Source of the DNA: an uncultured delta proteobacterium
GTDB taxonomy: Bacteria > Desulfobacterota > Binatia > Binatales > Binataceae
Length of the DNA stretch: 64,000 bases
NCBI GenBank assembly: GCA_963711565.1
Contig: CAVQEQ010000001.1
Coordinates: forward strand, 416,001-480,000
Direction of reading: 5' to 3'
In this document: positions 29,859 to 38,793 of the stretch, in pieces
How the letters are laid out: every line of letters starts with the position of its first letter
Position numbering within the stretch: the first letter of the stretch is position 1
Made by a program: the position numbers and the translations under genes
The notes under the pieces: generated by a model
Database searches by the model: none
The model's input: the letters and a program-made list of their open reading frames with translations, nothing else
Told to the model about the DNA's origin: nothing

Positions 29859-30782
29859 ATGCGATTGGGTCCATTTGCGTTAGCCATACTTCTGTTGATG
29901 CTGCCGATCTCCGCGGGCGCGTCGCGTGCGGATAGTCGTCCGATAGTCGTGGCCGAGCTGCAGGAGGAGTCGATTCCGGCGCAGGATCTCGCGGCGCCGA
30001 GTCCGGGCGCCGCAATGAGTCCCGCCGCGGCACCATCCCAAGCCGACGACACCGGTCCCGACACGAATTCCAATCCCGAAGATTGGCAGGCCCTTCCTCC
30101 CGGACAAGCGCCGCCCGCCGAGCGCGAGGAGCCGGCAGCGGATTCAACTCCTGCCGCGCCGGCCCCAGCGACGCCCGCGGAGATCACGCCAGCAATCAAC
30201 GTCGGCTCGATCGCGACGACGCCGCAAATCAGCGACTCGTCGCTCGCGCCGCTGATCGATTCCGCGCCGACTCCCGCGCGCGCCGCGTCTCTGAGAATCA
30301 CCGAGCAGCAGCGCATCGAGCTCGAGCGCGGGCATACTGACGACGCGATTCGCGAGCTGGCGCATGCGATTTCGATCGATCCGAGCAACTCGTACGCCTA
30401 CTTTTATTTGGGCAGCGCATACGTCGCGCGCAAGGACTACGGGCAGGCGGAGACGTTTTTCAAGCGCGCGGAAATCGGAGTCGCGGCGAATTCGGCGTGG
30501 CTCGGCGAGACCTACGCCTTCGAGGGGGTCTGCCTCGAGCAGGCCGGCAAAACAGCTGAGGCGGCCGCCGCCTATCAGAAGGCGCTCGCGGCGAGTCCGG
30601 GCAACCTGACTGCGCGCGTCGGCGCGACGCGGCTGTCGGCCTTCATGCCCGTCTCCGCAACCGCATCCGCACCCGCCGCAGATGTCGATCAACCGGCGCC
30701 GGCGGAGCCCGACGCTCCGCCGCCGCCCGACGAAGCTCCGGCCCCGCCGCCACCCGCATCCGCGCCACCCCCGTCAGACTGA
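29859..30782 (+). CDS. Exported TPR protein with Pro/Ala-rich linkers (LpoP-like by position)
   Basis: Sec signal peptide, disordered linker, about 3 TPR units, directly after mrcB. Confidence 0.75.
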   Translation: MRLGPFALAILLLMLPISAGASRADSRPIVVAELQEESIPAQDLAAPSPGAAMSPAAAPSQADDTGPDTNSNPEDWQALPPGQAPPAEREEPAADSTPAAPAPATPAEITPAINVGSIATTPQISDSSLAPLIDSAPTPARAASLRITEQQRIELERGHTDDAIRELAHAISIDPSNSYAYFYLGSAYVARKDYGQAETFFKRAEIGVAANSAWLGETYAFEGVCLEQAGKTAEAAAAYQKALAASPGNLTARVGATRLSAFMPVSATASAPAADVDQPAPAEPDAPPPPDEAPAPPPPASAPPPSD

Positions 30783-30794
30783 GCACGACTCTTA

Positions 30795-30851
30795 CCTCGC
30801 CCGTTCTTTTACGGGAGAGGCGGCTGGCCGCGACGCGGCCAGCGGTGAGGG
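30795..30851 (+). repeat. Family B palindromic repeat
   Basis: CCTCGCCCGTTCTTTTACGGGAGAGG-CGGCTGGCCGCGACGCGGCCAGC-GGTGAGGG. Confidence 0.75.
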
Positions 30852-30930
30852 TTCCGGGCCGCAGCGGAAAAGCCAGGTTTCTAACTTTTTTGTGTCGCGC
30901 CCTTTTTGTGTCATCCTGATCACGCCTGCG

Positions 30931-31935
30931 ATGCTGATACTCGGAATTGAATCTTCATGCGACGATGCGGCCGCCGCGGTGCTCGAAACCACCGTGCCGG
31001 GCATCGCTGAAATTCGTTCGAGCACTGTCGCGAATCAGGACGACATCCATCGCGCCTACGGCGGCATCGTGCCGGAACTCGCGTCGCGGAATCACGTCGT
31101 CACGATCGCGCCGGTTATCGAGCGCGCGCTGGACACCGCCGGATGCCGGCTCGCGGACATCGAAGGCATTGCAGTCACGCGCGGTCCCGGCCTGGTGGGC
31201 TCGTTGCTGGTCGGCCTGATGTTTGCGAAGGGACTCGCGCAGGCGAGCGGCGTCGCGATGGTCGGCGTGAATCATATCGAGGGTCATCTGCTGGCGCCCC
31301 TGCTCGAACATCGAATCGCGATGCCGTACCTCGCGCTGGTCGTGTCGGGCGGTCACACCGCGCTGTTCGCGGTCGAGGATTTCGGACGCTACCGGCGAAT
31401 CGGTCGTACGCGCGACGACGCTGCCGGCGAGGCGTTTGACAAAGTCGCGAAGCTGATGGGGCTCGGCTACCCGGGCGGACGAGCGATCGACGAGATGTCG
31501 CGGCGCGGCAATCGCAAGCGCGTGCGAATCCCGCGCGCTCATGTGAAAGGCGCGCCGATGGATTTCAGTTTCAGCGGCGTGAAGACGGCGGTCGCGACGA
31601 TCCTGGCAACCGAGAACGGCCGCGCGGAACGCCCCGAGGATCTCGCGGCGAGCTTTCAGGAGGCAGTCGTCGAGATGCTGGTGAAGCCGACGATCGCGGC
31701 CGCGCGCGAACTGGGCGCCGACACGATCGCGCTGACAGGCGGGGTCGCGGCAAATTCGCGATTGCGCGACAGCCTGGCCGAGGCGGCCGCTGCCGACGGC
31801 CGCCGGCTGGTCGCACCAGCCTTGAAATACTGCACCGACAACGCGGCGATGATCGCGCTCGCGGGCAGCTACCGGCTGATGCGGGGCGCGCGCGACGCGT
31901 TGAGCATCGATGCGGAAGCTAACCTGTCCTTATAG
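30931..31935 (+). CDS. tsaD: tRNA N6-threonylcarbamoyltransferase
   Basis: ILGIESSCDD, GGIVPELASRNH, NHIEGH, DDAAGEAFDK, CTDNAAMI. Confidence 0.98.
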   Translation: MLILGIESSCDDAAAAVLETTVPGIAEIRSSTVANQDDIHRAYGGIVPELASRNHVVTIAPVIERALDTAGCRLADIEGIAVTRGPGLVGSLLVGLMFAKGLAQASGVAMVGVNHIEGHLLAPLLEHRIAMPYLALVVSGGHTALFAVEDFGRYRRIGRTRDDAAGEAFDKVAKLMGLGYPGGRAIDEMSRRGNRKRVRIPRAHVKGAPMDFSFSGVKTAVATILATENGRAERPEDLAASFQEAVVEMLVKPTIAAARELGADTIALTGGVAANSRLRDSLAEAAAADGRRLVAPALKYCTDNAAMIALAGSYRLMRGARDALSIDAEANLSL

Positions 31936-32805
31936 ATGACGATCGCACGAAAATCGCGCGTAGTTGACACACCGTCGCGTCCCGCACCGGCGCTCGCGCG
32001 AGCGGGTGTGCGACCGGCGAAATCGCGCGGCCAGAATTTTCTGACGAGCGGCGGCGTCGCCGATCGAATCGTTGCGGCTGCGGACCTCAGTGACTCGGAT
32101 TCAGTAATCGAGATCGGGCCCGGCCTCGGTATCCTGACCGAGAAGATCGCGGCACATCGACTACGCTCGCTGACGCTGGTGGAACTCGACGCACGCCTCG
32201 CGACGCGGCTCCAGCAGCGCTTCGCAGACGCTCGCGTCATCAACGCTGATTTCCTCGCGACCAATTTCGCAACTCTCGTCAACGATTCGCGCGTCAAAGT
32301 AATCGGCAATCTGCCGTTCAACGTCGCGGCGGCGATACTTCGCAAGCTGTGCGACAATTCGCGCATGATTTCGAGAATGGTCCTGATGTTTCAGCGCGAG
32401 GTCGCCACACGAATCCGCGCGACGCCCGGCGACGATGCATACGGCGCGCTCAGCGTGTTCACTGCGCTCTACTGGAAAATCGATACGCATTTCACCGTCG
32501 CGGCCGGCAGCTTCCATCCGCGGCCCAAGGTTGATGCCGAAGTCCTGGCGTTCACGCCGCTGGCGACGCCCTTGTTCGCGCCTGACGACGAGCACGACGT
32601 GCTCGAAACTGTGCGCGCGTCGTTCTCCGCGCCACGCAAGACAATTCGCAATGCTCTAAGTCACGCGTTGGGAATCGACAGCGCGCGAGTCGTGCGTGCG
32701 CTTGAACGCGCGGTGATCGATCCCGGCACGCGTGCTGAAACGCTCGCTGTCGCCGACTTTTTGAGACTCGCACAGGCGCTGCAAACCGAATTGAACAATG
32801 CCTGA
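31936..32805 (+). CDS. rsmA: 16S rRNA adenine dimethyltransferase
   Basis: GQNFL, IEIGPGLG, GNLPFN, MFQREVA, PRPKVD. Confidence 0.96.
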   Translation: MTIARKSRVVDTPSRPAPALARAGVRPAKSRGQNFLTSGGVADRIVAAADLSDSDSVIEIGPGLGILTEKIAAHRLRSLTLVELDARLATRLQQRFADARVINADFLATNFATLVNDSRVKVIGNLPFNVAAAILRKLCDNSRMISRMVLMFQREVATRIRATPGDDAYGALSVFTALYWKIDTHFTVAAGSFHPRPKVDAEVLAFTPLATPLFAPDDEHDVLETVRASFSAPRKTIRNALSHALGIDSARVVRALERAVIDPGTRAETLAVADFLRLAQALQTELNNA

Positions 32806-33631
32806 ACTGCCGGAAGTCGAATCGCTGCGTCGGATACTGGTTCGCACCGCGGTCGGCAGAACGATCGTAAGCGTACGAATCGGCGAGCGACGGCTGCGGC
32901 GCCGCGTCACCGCGGATTTCGGTGGAGCGGTCGCGGGACGGCGAATCACGAAGCTGTCGCGGCGCGCGAAATATCTGATCGTCGAGCTCGACGGCGACTA
33001 CGTGATGCTGGTGCATCTTGGGATGTCCGGCAGCCTGACCCATCGGCACGACGGCTTCGACGCCGAAGACTTCGATCCGCGCCACGACCATCTCGAATTT
33101 TCGCTCGACGACGCGTCGCAGTTGGTTTACAACGATCCGCGGCGCTTCGGCATGGTCCGGCTGGTCGAGCGCGCGGCGTTGGCTTCCACAGCGGAGCTGA
33201 AGGGCCTCGGCCCCGAGCCGCTGTCGCGCGAATTCAATGCAAACTACCTGGCGGAGAAGGCGCGGGGACGGAAGGCCGCGATTAAGAACCTGATCATGGA
33301 TCAGCGGATCGTCGCGGGCATCGGCAATATCTACGCGTCCGAGATTCTTTTTCGCGCGGGTGTGCGTCCGACGCGGCGGGCCGGCCGCGTCACGCGAAGC
33401 GAGATCGACAAAATAGCGGCAGCGGTGCCGGTGATCCTGCGCGCGGCGATCGGCAGCAACGGCACTACGTTTCGCAGCTACCGCGATTCGCGCGGACAGC
33501 CTGGACGCTTCGCCGCACGCCTGCGTGTATACGGTCGCGACGGAAAACCGTGCTACACATGCTCGACGGAAATTAAAAATGTGGTGGTGGGCCAGCGCGC
33601 GAGTTTCTATTGTCCTAAATGTCAGCGGTGA
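32798..33631 (+). CDS. mutM: Formamidopyrimidine-DNA glycosylase
   Basis: MPELPEVE, HLGMSG, GIGNIYASE, C-terminal C4 zinc finger. Confidence 0.97.
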   Translation: MPELPEVESLRRILVRTAVGRTIVSVRIGERRLRRRVTADFGGAVAGRRITKLSRRAKYLIVELDGDYVMLVHLGMSGSLTHRHDGFDAEDFDPRHDHLEFSLDDASQLVYNDPRRFGMVRLVERAALASTAELKGLGPEPLSREFNANYLAEKARGRKAAIKNLIMDQRIVAGIGNIYASEILFRAGVRPTRRAGRVTRSEIDKIAAAVPVILRAAIGSNGTTFRSYRDSRGQPGRFAARLRVYGRDGKPCYTCSTEIKNVVVGQRASFYCPKCQR

Positions 33632-33666
33632 AATGATGCGAGGAAAGTGCGCGAGGCAAGCATCGC

Positions 33667-33698
33667 TCCGGGATTCTTTGCTTCGCTCTGAATGACAC
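33667..33698 (-). repeat. Family A repeat
   Basis: TCCGGGATTCTTTGCTTCGCTCTGAATGACAC followed by an A-run, mirroring the TTTTTGTGTC flank at 7511. Confidence 0.8.
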
Positions 33699-33703
33699 AA
33701 AAA

Positions 33704-35134
33704 ATGACGCGTCTAGTTTTACCCATCCTGAGAGCAGTTGCGATCGCGACGATCTCGTCGCTGATACTGGCGAGTTCGTCGTTCGCGCAGAGTGCGCCGC
33801 AGATCGATTGGAACAAGATTGATTCCGAAGCGCTCGACTATTACCGCGCTTATCTCCGCTTCGACACCACCAATCCGCCGAGCAACACCGCCCCCGCGAT
33901 TGTGTATCTCAAGGCGATTCTCGACAAGGAGGGAATCGCCACCGAAACTTTCGAGAGCAAGCCCGGGATGGTAACCCTCGTAGCGCGAATCCCCGGGCCC
34001 GTGGGCATGAAGCCGCTGCTGTTGATGTCGCACGCCGACGTTGTGCCGACGGTCGCCGCCAACTGGACGCATCATCCGTTCGACGCCGATATCAAGGACG
34101 GTTACGTGTGGGCGCGCGGCTCGATCGACAACAAGGCGCACGGAATTATGGCGCTGATGACGGTGCTCGCGCTCAAGCGCAATCACGTCGAGCTCAGGCG
34201 CGGCGTCGAGATGATGGTGAATCCGGACGAGGAAGCGGGCGGCGACAACGGCGCGACGTGGATGGTGAACAATCATTGGGACGCGATCGATCCAGCGTTC
34301 GCATTCAACGAGGGCGGTGAAGGCGCGCCCGACTGGCTGGGAATCAAGGGCACGACGTTTCTTGTTGCGGTGTCGGAGAAGCGTGTGAACTGGCTTCACG
34401 TCACCGTCCGCGGCAAGGGCGGGCACGGCTCGGTGCCGAAGCCCGACAATCCGAATCTGATCCTGATTAACGCGCTCCATCGATTGCTCGAAAAGCAACC
34501 GCCGATTCGAATCACGAAAATATTTGCCGACGCGATGGACTCGATTGCGCCGCTCGAGCCCAGTCCTGCGTCGTTCCAGCTTGCGCACCTGGATCAGCCG
34601 GGCGTCGCGCAGGCTGCGATTGCGGGCGTGCTCAGCCCTTACCAAATCCAGGCGCTCATGCGCGACACGATTTCGCTGACGATGCTCAACGCGGGGTTCA
34701 AGGTGAACGTCGTGCCGACCGTGGCCGAGGCGGGCTTGGACTGCCGCTTGTTGCCGGGCACCGATGCGGACGCGTTTATGAAACGCCTGCGCGATCTGCT
34801 TGGCCCCGGCGACTTCAAGATTGAATATATCCAGCGGCCCGATGACGCTCCGCCGTCGCCGACTTCCGGCGAGGCCTGGGATGCGATCAAACGCGTCGTC
34901 GCGAGCGATTTCAAAGATGCCCGCGTGGTGCCGTGGATGACCACCGGCGGCACCGACTCGCGCGTGTTGCGCGCCAAGGGCGTTCCGGCATACGGCTTCG
35001 TCCCGGTGATTCTTGGCGAGGGCGAAGTTGCGCGCATCCACGGCGACGACGAGCGTCTGTCGGTCAACAATCTGAATCGCGGCATCAAGGCCACTTACGA
35101 TCTGACGATCGATCTTTGCGCCGCGCGGCATTGA
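33704..35134 (+). CDS. Exported M20/M25/M40 metallopeptidase
   Basis: Signal peptide, SHADVV, ARGSIDNK, DEEAGG, GGTDSR, HGDDER. Confidence 0.92.
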   Translation: MTRLVLPILRAVAIATISSLILASSSFAQSAPQIDWNKIDSEALDYYRAYLRFDTTNPPSNTAPAIVYLKAILDKEGIATETFESKPGMVTLVARIPGPVGMKPLLLMSHADVVPTVAANWTHHPFDADIKDGYVWARGSIDNKAHGIMALMTVLALKRNHVELRRGVEMMVNPDEEAGGDNGATWMVNNHWDAIDPAFAFNEGGEGAPDWLGIKGTTFLVAVSEKRVNWLHVTVRGKGGHGSVPKPDNPNLILINALHRLLEKQPPIRITKIFADAMDSIAPLEPSPASFQLAHLDQPGVAQAAIAGVLSPYQIQALMRDTISLTMLNAGFKVNVVPTVAEAGLDCRLLPGTDADAFMKRLRDLLGPGDFKIEYIQRPDDAPPSPTSGEAWDAIKRVVASDFKDARVVPWMTTGGTDSRVLRAKGVPAYGFVPVILGEGEVARIHGDDERLSVNNLNRGIKATYDLTIDLCAARH

Positions 35135-35158
35135 CGCCGGGTATGTTATGGTGACGCG

Positions 35159-35998
35159 ATGACCTTCGACATTCCGACCGAAATCGGCGCCGCGATCGCC
35201 TTCCTCCTCGGCGCGAGCGTCGGCAGTTTCGCCTGCATGGTTGCCTACCGCCTCCCGCGCGACCTTTCGATCGTTACGCCGCGTTCGTATTGCGAGAGTT
35301 GCGAGCGCGCGCTGCCGTGGTGGGCGAATATCCCGATCCTCGCCTACCTTGGACTGCGCGGACGCTGCGTGATGTGCGGCGCGCCGATTCCGTTCCGTCA
35401 TTTCCTCGCCGAATTAGGCCTCGCGATCACGGCGCTCTATCTGTACTTCGCCTTCCCGCTCCCCGACGCGATTGCGCGCTTCGTGCTGTGCGCCGCGCTA
35501 TGGATCGTCGCGATCATCGACTACGACTGGCGGCTGATTCCGAACATCATCACGTGGCCCGGCACGATCGTGGGATTCATCGCCGCGTCGACGATGATGC
35601 CCGATATCGGCTGGAAGAGTTCTATTCTCGGAATAATCCTTGGCGGCGGCGTCCTCTGGGGCACCGGCTTTTTCTACCAGCTCGTGCGCGGACGCGAGGG
35701 CGTCGGCCTGGGCGACGTATGGCTGCTCGCGATGGTCGGTGGATTTCTCGGCTGGGCGGGAGTTTTCTTCACGATGTTCTTCGGTTCGGTGATCGGCGCT
35801 GCGGGCGGAATCGCATTTGCGCTCACCGGCGGCGGTGCGACGGCGCCTGCTCCACTCGGCGAGCCCGCGACCGATCCGGAGGAAGCTGACGTCTCGATTC
35901 TGAAAACCGAAGTTCCGTTCGGTCCTTACCTGGCGCTGGCTGCGGGTGTGTTCGCGCTCTTTCAGCCGCAACTGGCGCACTGGTATTTTGGCCGATAA
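35159..35998 (+). CDS. pilD: Prepilin peptidase / N-methyltransferase
   Basis: GSF...YRLP, two CxxC pairs, IDYD, GLGDV, VPFGPYL. Confidence 0.9.
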   Translation: MTFDIPTEIGAAIAFLLGASVGSFACMVAYRLPRDLSIVTPRSYCESCERALPWWANIPILAYLGLRGRCVMCGAPIPFRHFLAELGLAITALYLYFAFPLPDAIARFVLCAALWIVAIIDYDWRLIPNIITWPGTIVGFIAASTMMPDIGWKSSILGIILGGGVLWGTGFFYQLVRGREGVGLGDVWLLAMVGGFLGWAGVFFTMFFGSVIGAAGGIAFALTGGGATAPAPLGEPATDPEEADVSILKTEVPFGPYLALAAGVFALFQPQLAHWYFGR

Positions 35999-36000
35999 CA

Positions 36001-36642
36001 ATGCCGGCGGGAGTATTCATCACGCTCGAAGGCGTCGAGGGAAGCGGCAAGACGACGCAGGCCGCGATTCTCGGCGACGCGCTCCGCAAGAACGGCCGCC
36101 GCGTAACGGTCACGCATGAGCCGGGCGGCACGCGCGCCGGTGAAACGATACGCGCGATTTTTCTCGACCCCGCCGTCTCGCTCAACGTCGCCGCGGAGCT
36201 TCTGCTCGTGCTTGCCGATCGCGCGCAGCACGTGCGCGAGAAGCTCCGGCCCGCGCTCGCATCGGGCGAGATCGTGATTTCCGATCGCTACTCGGATTCG
36301 ACCACCGCCTACCAGGGCTATGCCCGCGGCGTCGATCTCAAAGTGCTCGGCGAGTTGAACCGCCTTGCCACCGACAACGTGACGCCCGATCTAACAATCG
36401 TGCTCGACCTGCCGGTCGAGACCGGTCTCGAGCGCACGCGCGCGCGTGCGAAGGGCACGGGCCGCGGCTCCGACCGCTTCGAGGGCGAGCGCGCGGAGTT
36501 CCATCGCAAGGTGCGCGACGGGTTTCTCGCGATCGCGAAGGCGGAGCCATCGCGGGTCGTCGTGATCGACGCCGACCGCCCGGTGGCGGCCGTCACTGCT
36601 GACATCCGCCGCGCCGTGGACGAATTGCTCGCCCGCCGATGA
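36001..36642 (+). CDS. tmk: Thymidylate kinase
   Basis: FITLEGVEGSGKTTQ, DRYSDSTTAYQG. Confidence 0.97.
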   Translation: MPAGVFITLEGVEGSGKTTQAAILGDALRKNGRRVTVTHEPGGTRAGETIRAIFLDPAVSLNVAAELLLVLADRAQHVREKLRPALASGEIVISDRYSDSTTAYQGYARGVDLKVLGELNRLATDNVTPDLTIVLDLPVETGLERTRARAKGTGRGSDRFEGERAEFHRKVRDGFLAIAKAEPSRVVVIDADRPVAAVTADIRRAVDELLARR

Positions 36643-36652
36643 CGAAGTCGCA

Positions 36653-37732
36653 ATGCCGATAACCTCGATACTTGGGCATCGCGAAATCGCAACGCGGCTG
36701 CTTGCTGAGTTACGCAACCGTCCCTCGCACGCATACCTGTTCGCGGGGCCGCGTGGCGTCGGCAAGACGATCGTCGCGACCAGCCTCGTGCACGCGCTGA
36801 TGTGCGAGCGCGCGCCCGGCGAGAATTTTTGTTGCGCCACCGCTCATTGCCCGGTACGCCTCGCGCCGCAAACTGAGCGCACTCGCGCGCGCGCCGGTGA
36901 CGCCGAGGCGCCGCGATGCGATTGCTGCTCGGCATGCGTGCAAATCGCGACGGGTGTGCATCCGGATTTCACTTATGTATCGAAGCCGGTTGGCCGCAGC
37001 GAAGTTCTTATCGACCAGGTCCGCGAACTGATTGCGCGCCTCGGAATCCGGCCGTCGCGATCGTCGATTCGCATGGCGATTATCGACGACGCCGAGGCGC
37101 TCGGCATCCCCGCGCAGAACGCGCTGCTGAAGACGCTCGAGGAGCCGCCCGGCCACGCGATTATTATCATGGTGACGTCGAGCGAGCGCGCGCTGCTCGA
37201 CACCGTCCGCTCGCGGATGCGTATCGTGAGATTTCCCGCGCTGCACGCCGCCGAGCTCGAACAGATACTTGCCGCATATGGCGTCGCCGACAAAGCGCGT
37301 GCGCGTGCGCTCGCGATGCTGGCGCGCGGCAGCGCGGCGAATGCGATCGCGCTGGCCGGCGGCGAAGAGCCGCCGATGAAGGAGCTGCTCGACGCGCTCA
37401 GCGACGCGAAGTCGATCGATTTCGCGCGCGCCTCGTCGATTGCGCAGGAGTTCTTTGCCAATCGCGACGCCGCCGCCGGTAATTTCGAGCTGCTCGCAAG
37501 ACTGCTCGAGGAAGTACTATGCTACAAACTGCTTAAGACCGACTTCGTGGCGTTTCCGCCCGAGGCGCGGTCGAAGCTGGTGAGCTTGGCTGATAGTATC
37601 GCGGTCGATGCGGTCGTGAAGTGTATCGACGCCGCTGTGCGAGCCAACGCAGCGGTCGGGGAGAACGCCAATCCGCGGATGCAGGCGGAGAATTGGTGGA
37701 CGATAGCCGGGCACGCGATGCGGGGTGAATAG
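36653..37732 (+). CDS. holB: DNA polymerase III subunit delta'
   Basis: HAYLFAGPRGVGK, HPDF, AQNALLKTLEEPP, TVRSR; follows tmk. Confidence 0.93.
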   Translation: MPITSILGHREIATRLLAELRNRPSHAYLFAGPRGVGKTIVATSLVHALMCERAPGENFCCATAHCPVRLAPQTERTRARAGDAEAPRCDCCSACVQIATGVHPDFTYVSKPVGRSEVLIDQVRELIARLGIRPSRSSIRMAIIDDAEALGIPAQNALLKTLEEPPGHAIIIMVTSSERALLDTVRSRMRIVRFPALHAAELEQILAAYGVADKARARALAMLARGSAANAIALAGGEEPPMKELLDALSDAKSIDFARASSIAQEFFANRDAAAGNFELLARLLEEVLCYKLLKTDFVAFPPEARSKLVSLADSIAVDAVVKCIDAAVRANAAVGENANPRMQAENWWTIAGHAMRGE

Positions 37733-37738
37733 AAAATA

Positions 37739-38584
37739 GTGGCAGATATCGATCCGTTTGAAGGCGCGCCGTCGCTGCCGAAAATTGTCGCGGTCAGTCT
37801 CCAGCAGACCGGCCATCTGTACAATTTCCTGGCGGGCGACCGGCTCCTGCGCCGCGGCGAGCGCGTGCTGGTCGAGAGCGAGGCCGGCGCGCGCGTCGGC
37901 ACCGTCGAGATCGAGCCGCATGAGCCGGCGCAGACGATCGATCTTTCGCAGTTGCGTCCTATCATCCGGATTGCGAGCGACAACGACTTCCACCTCGAGC
38001 AGGAAAATATCTCGCGCGAGGCGCATGCGCGCCGCCTGTGCGTCGAGCGCATCCGCGAGCGGCGAATCCAGATGAAGCTGGTGAGCGCCGACTACACTTT
38101 CGACGGGCGCAAGGTCACTTTCTATTTCGTCGCCGAGGGGCGCGTCGATTTCCGCGACATTGTGCGCGATCTCGCCAACACGCTGCGCGTGCGCGTCGAG
38201 ATGAAACAGATTGGCGCGCGCGACGAAACCAAGGTCACGGGCGGCCTGGGTCCATGCGGACGCGAGCTTTGTTGCTCGAGCTGGTTGCGTGACTTCGAGG
38301 CGGTGACCGTCAAGATGGCGCGCGAGCAAGGCCTCGCGCTCAATCCTTCGCGGCTGGCCGGGATGTGCGGACGGCTCAAGTGCTGCCTGCGCTACGAGTA
38401 CGCCACATATGTCGAACTCAAGCGCGCGCTGCCCAATCTCGGCAAGCGCGTGCAATGCGTCAAGGGCGACGGCAAAGTCGTCCGCCAGAACATCTTGAAG
38501 CAGACCGTGTTGATCCAGCGCGAAGAGGACGGCGGCGTCGTCGAGGTCACACTCGAAGACTTGGTCGCCTCGCGCCCCCAATAG
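37739..38584 (+). CDS. PSP1 domain protein (YaaT/RicT family)
   Basis: RVDFRDIVRDLA, GPCGRELCC, LAGMCGRLKCCLRYE. Confidence 0.93.
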   Translation: MADIDPFEGAPSLPKIVAVSLQQTGHLYNFLAGDRLLRRGERVLVESEAGARVGTVEIEPHEPAQTIDLSQLRPIIRIASDNDFHLEQENISREAHARRLCVERIRERRIQMKLVSADYTFDGRKVTFYFVAEGRVDFRDIVRDLANTLRVRVEMKQIGARDETKVTGGLGPCGRELCCSSWLRDFEAVTVKMAREQGLALNPSRLAGMCGRLKCCLRYEYATYVELKRALPNLGKRVQCVKGDGKVVRQNILKQTVLIQREEDGGVVEVTLEDLVASRPQ

Positions 38585-38793
38585 GCAGCCGTCTGAGGCT
38601 TTCGTAAGCCACTCTTCTCGTCGCGCCGCAGCGACAACGCCAGCCGTTTTTTCCCGCATTTGTTCAAGCAACGATCGCCATTTTGAAAAAAAATGGGCGG
38701 ACTCCATTGCTTCGTTTGATAATTACGTGTAGAAAAATCCTACACTTAGTTAGCTTTTCACCAGACTGCTTTTGAAAGAGGATAGAAATTCAC

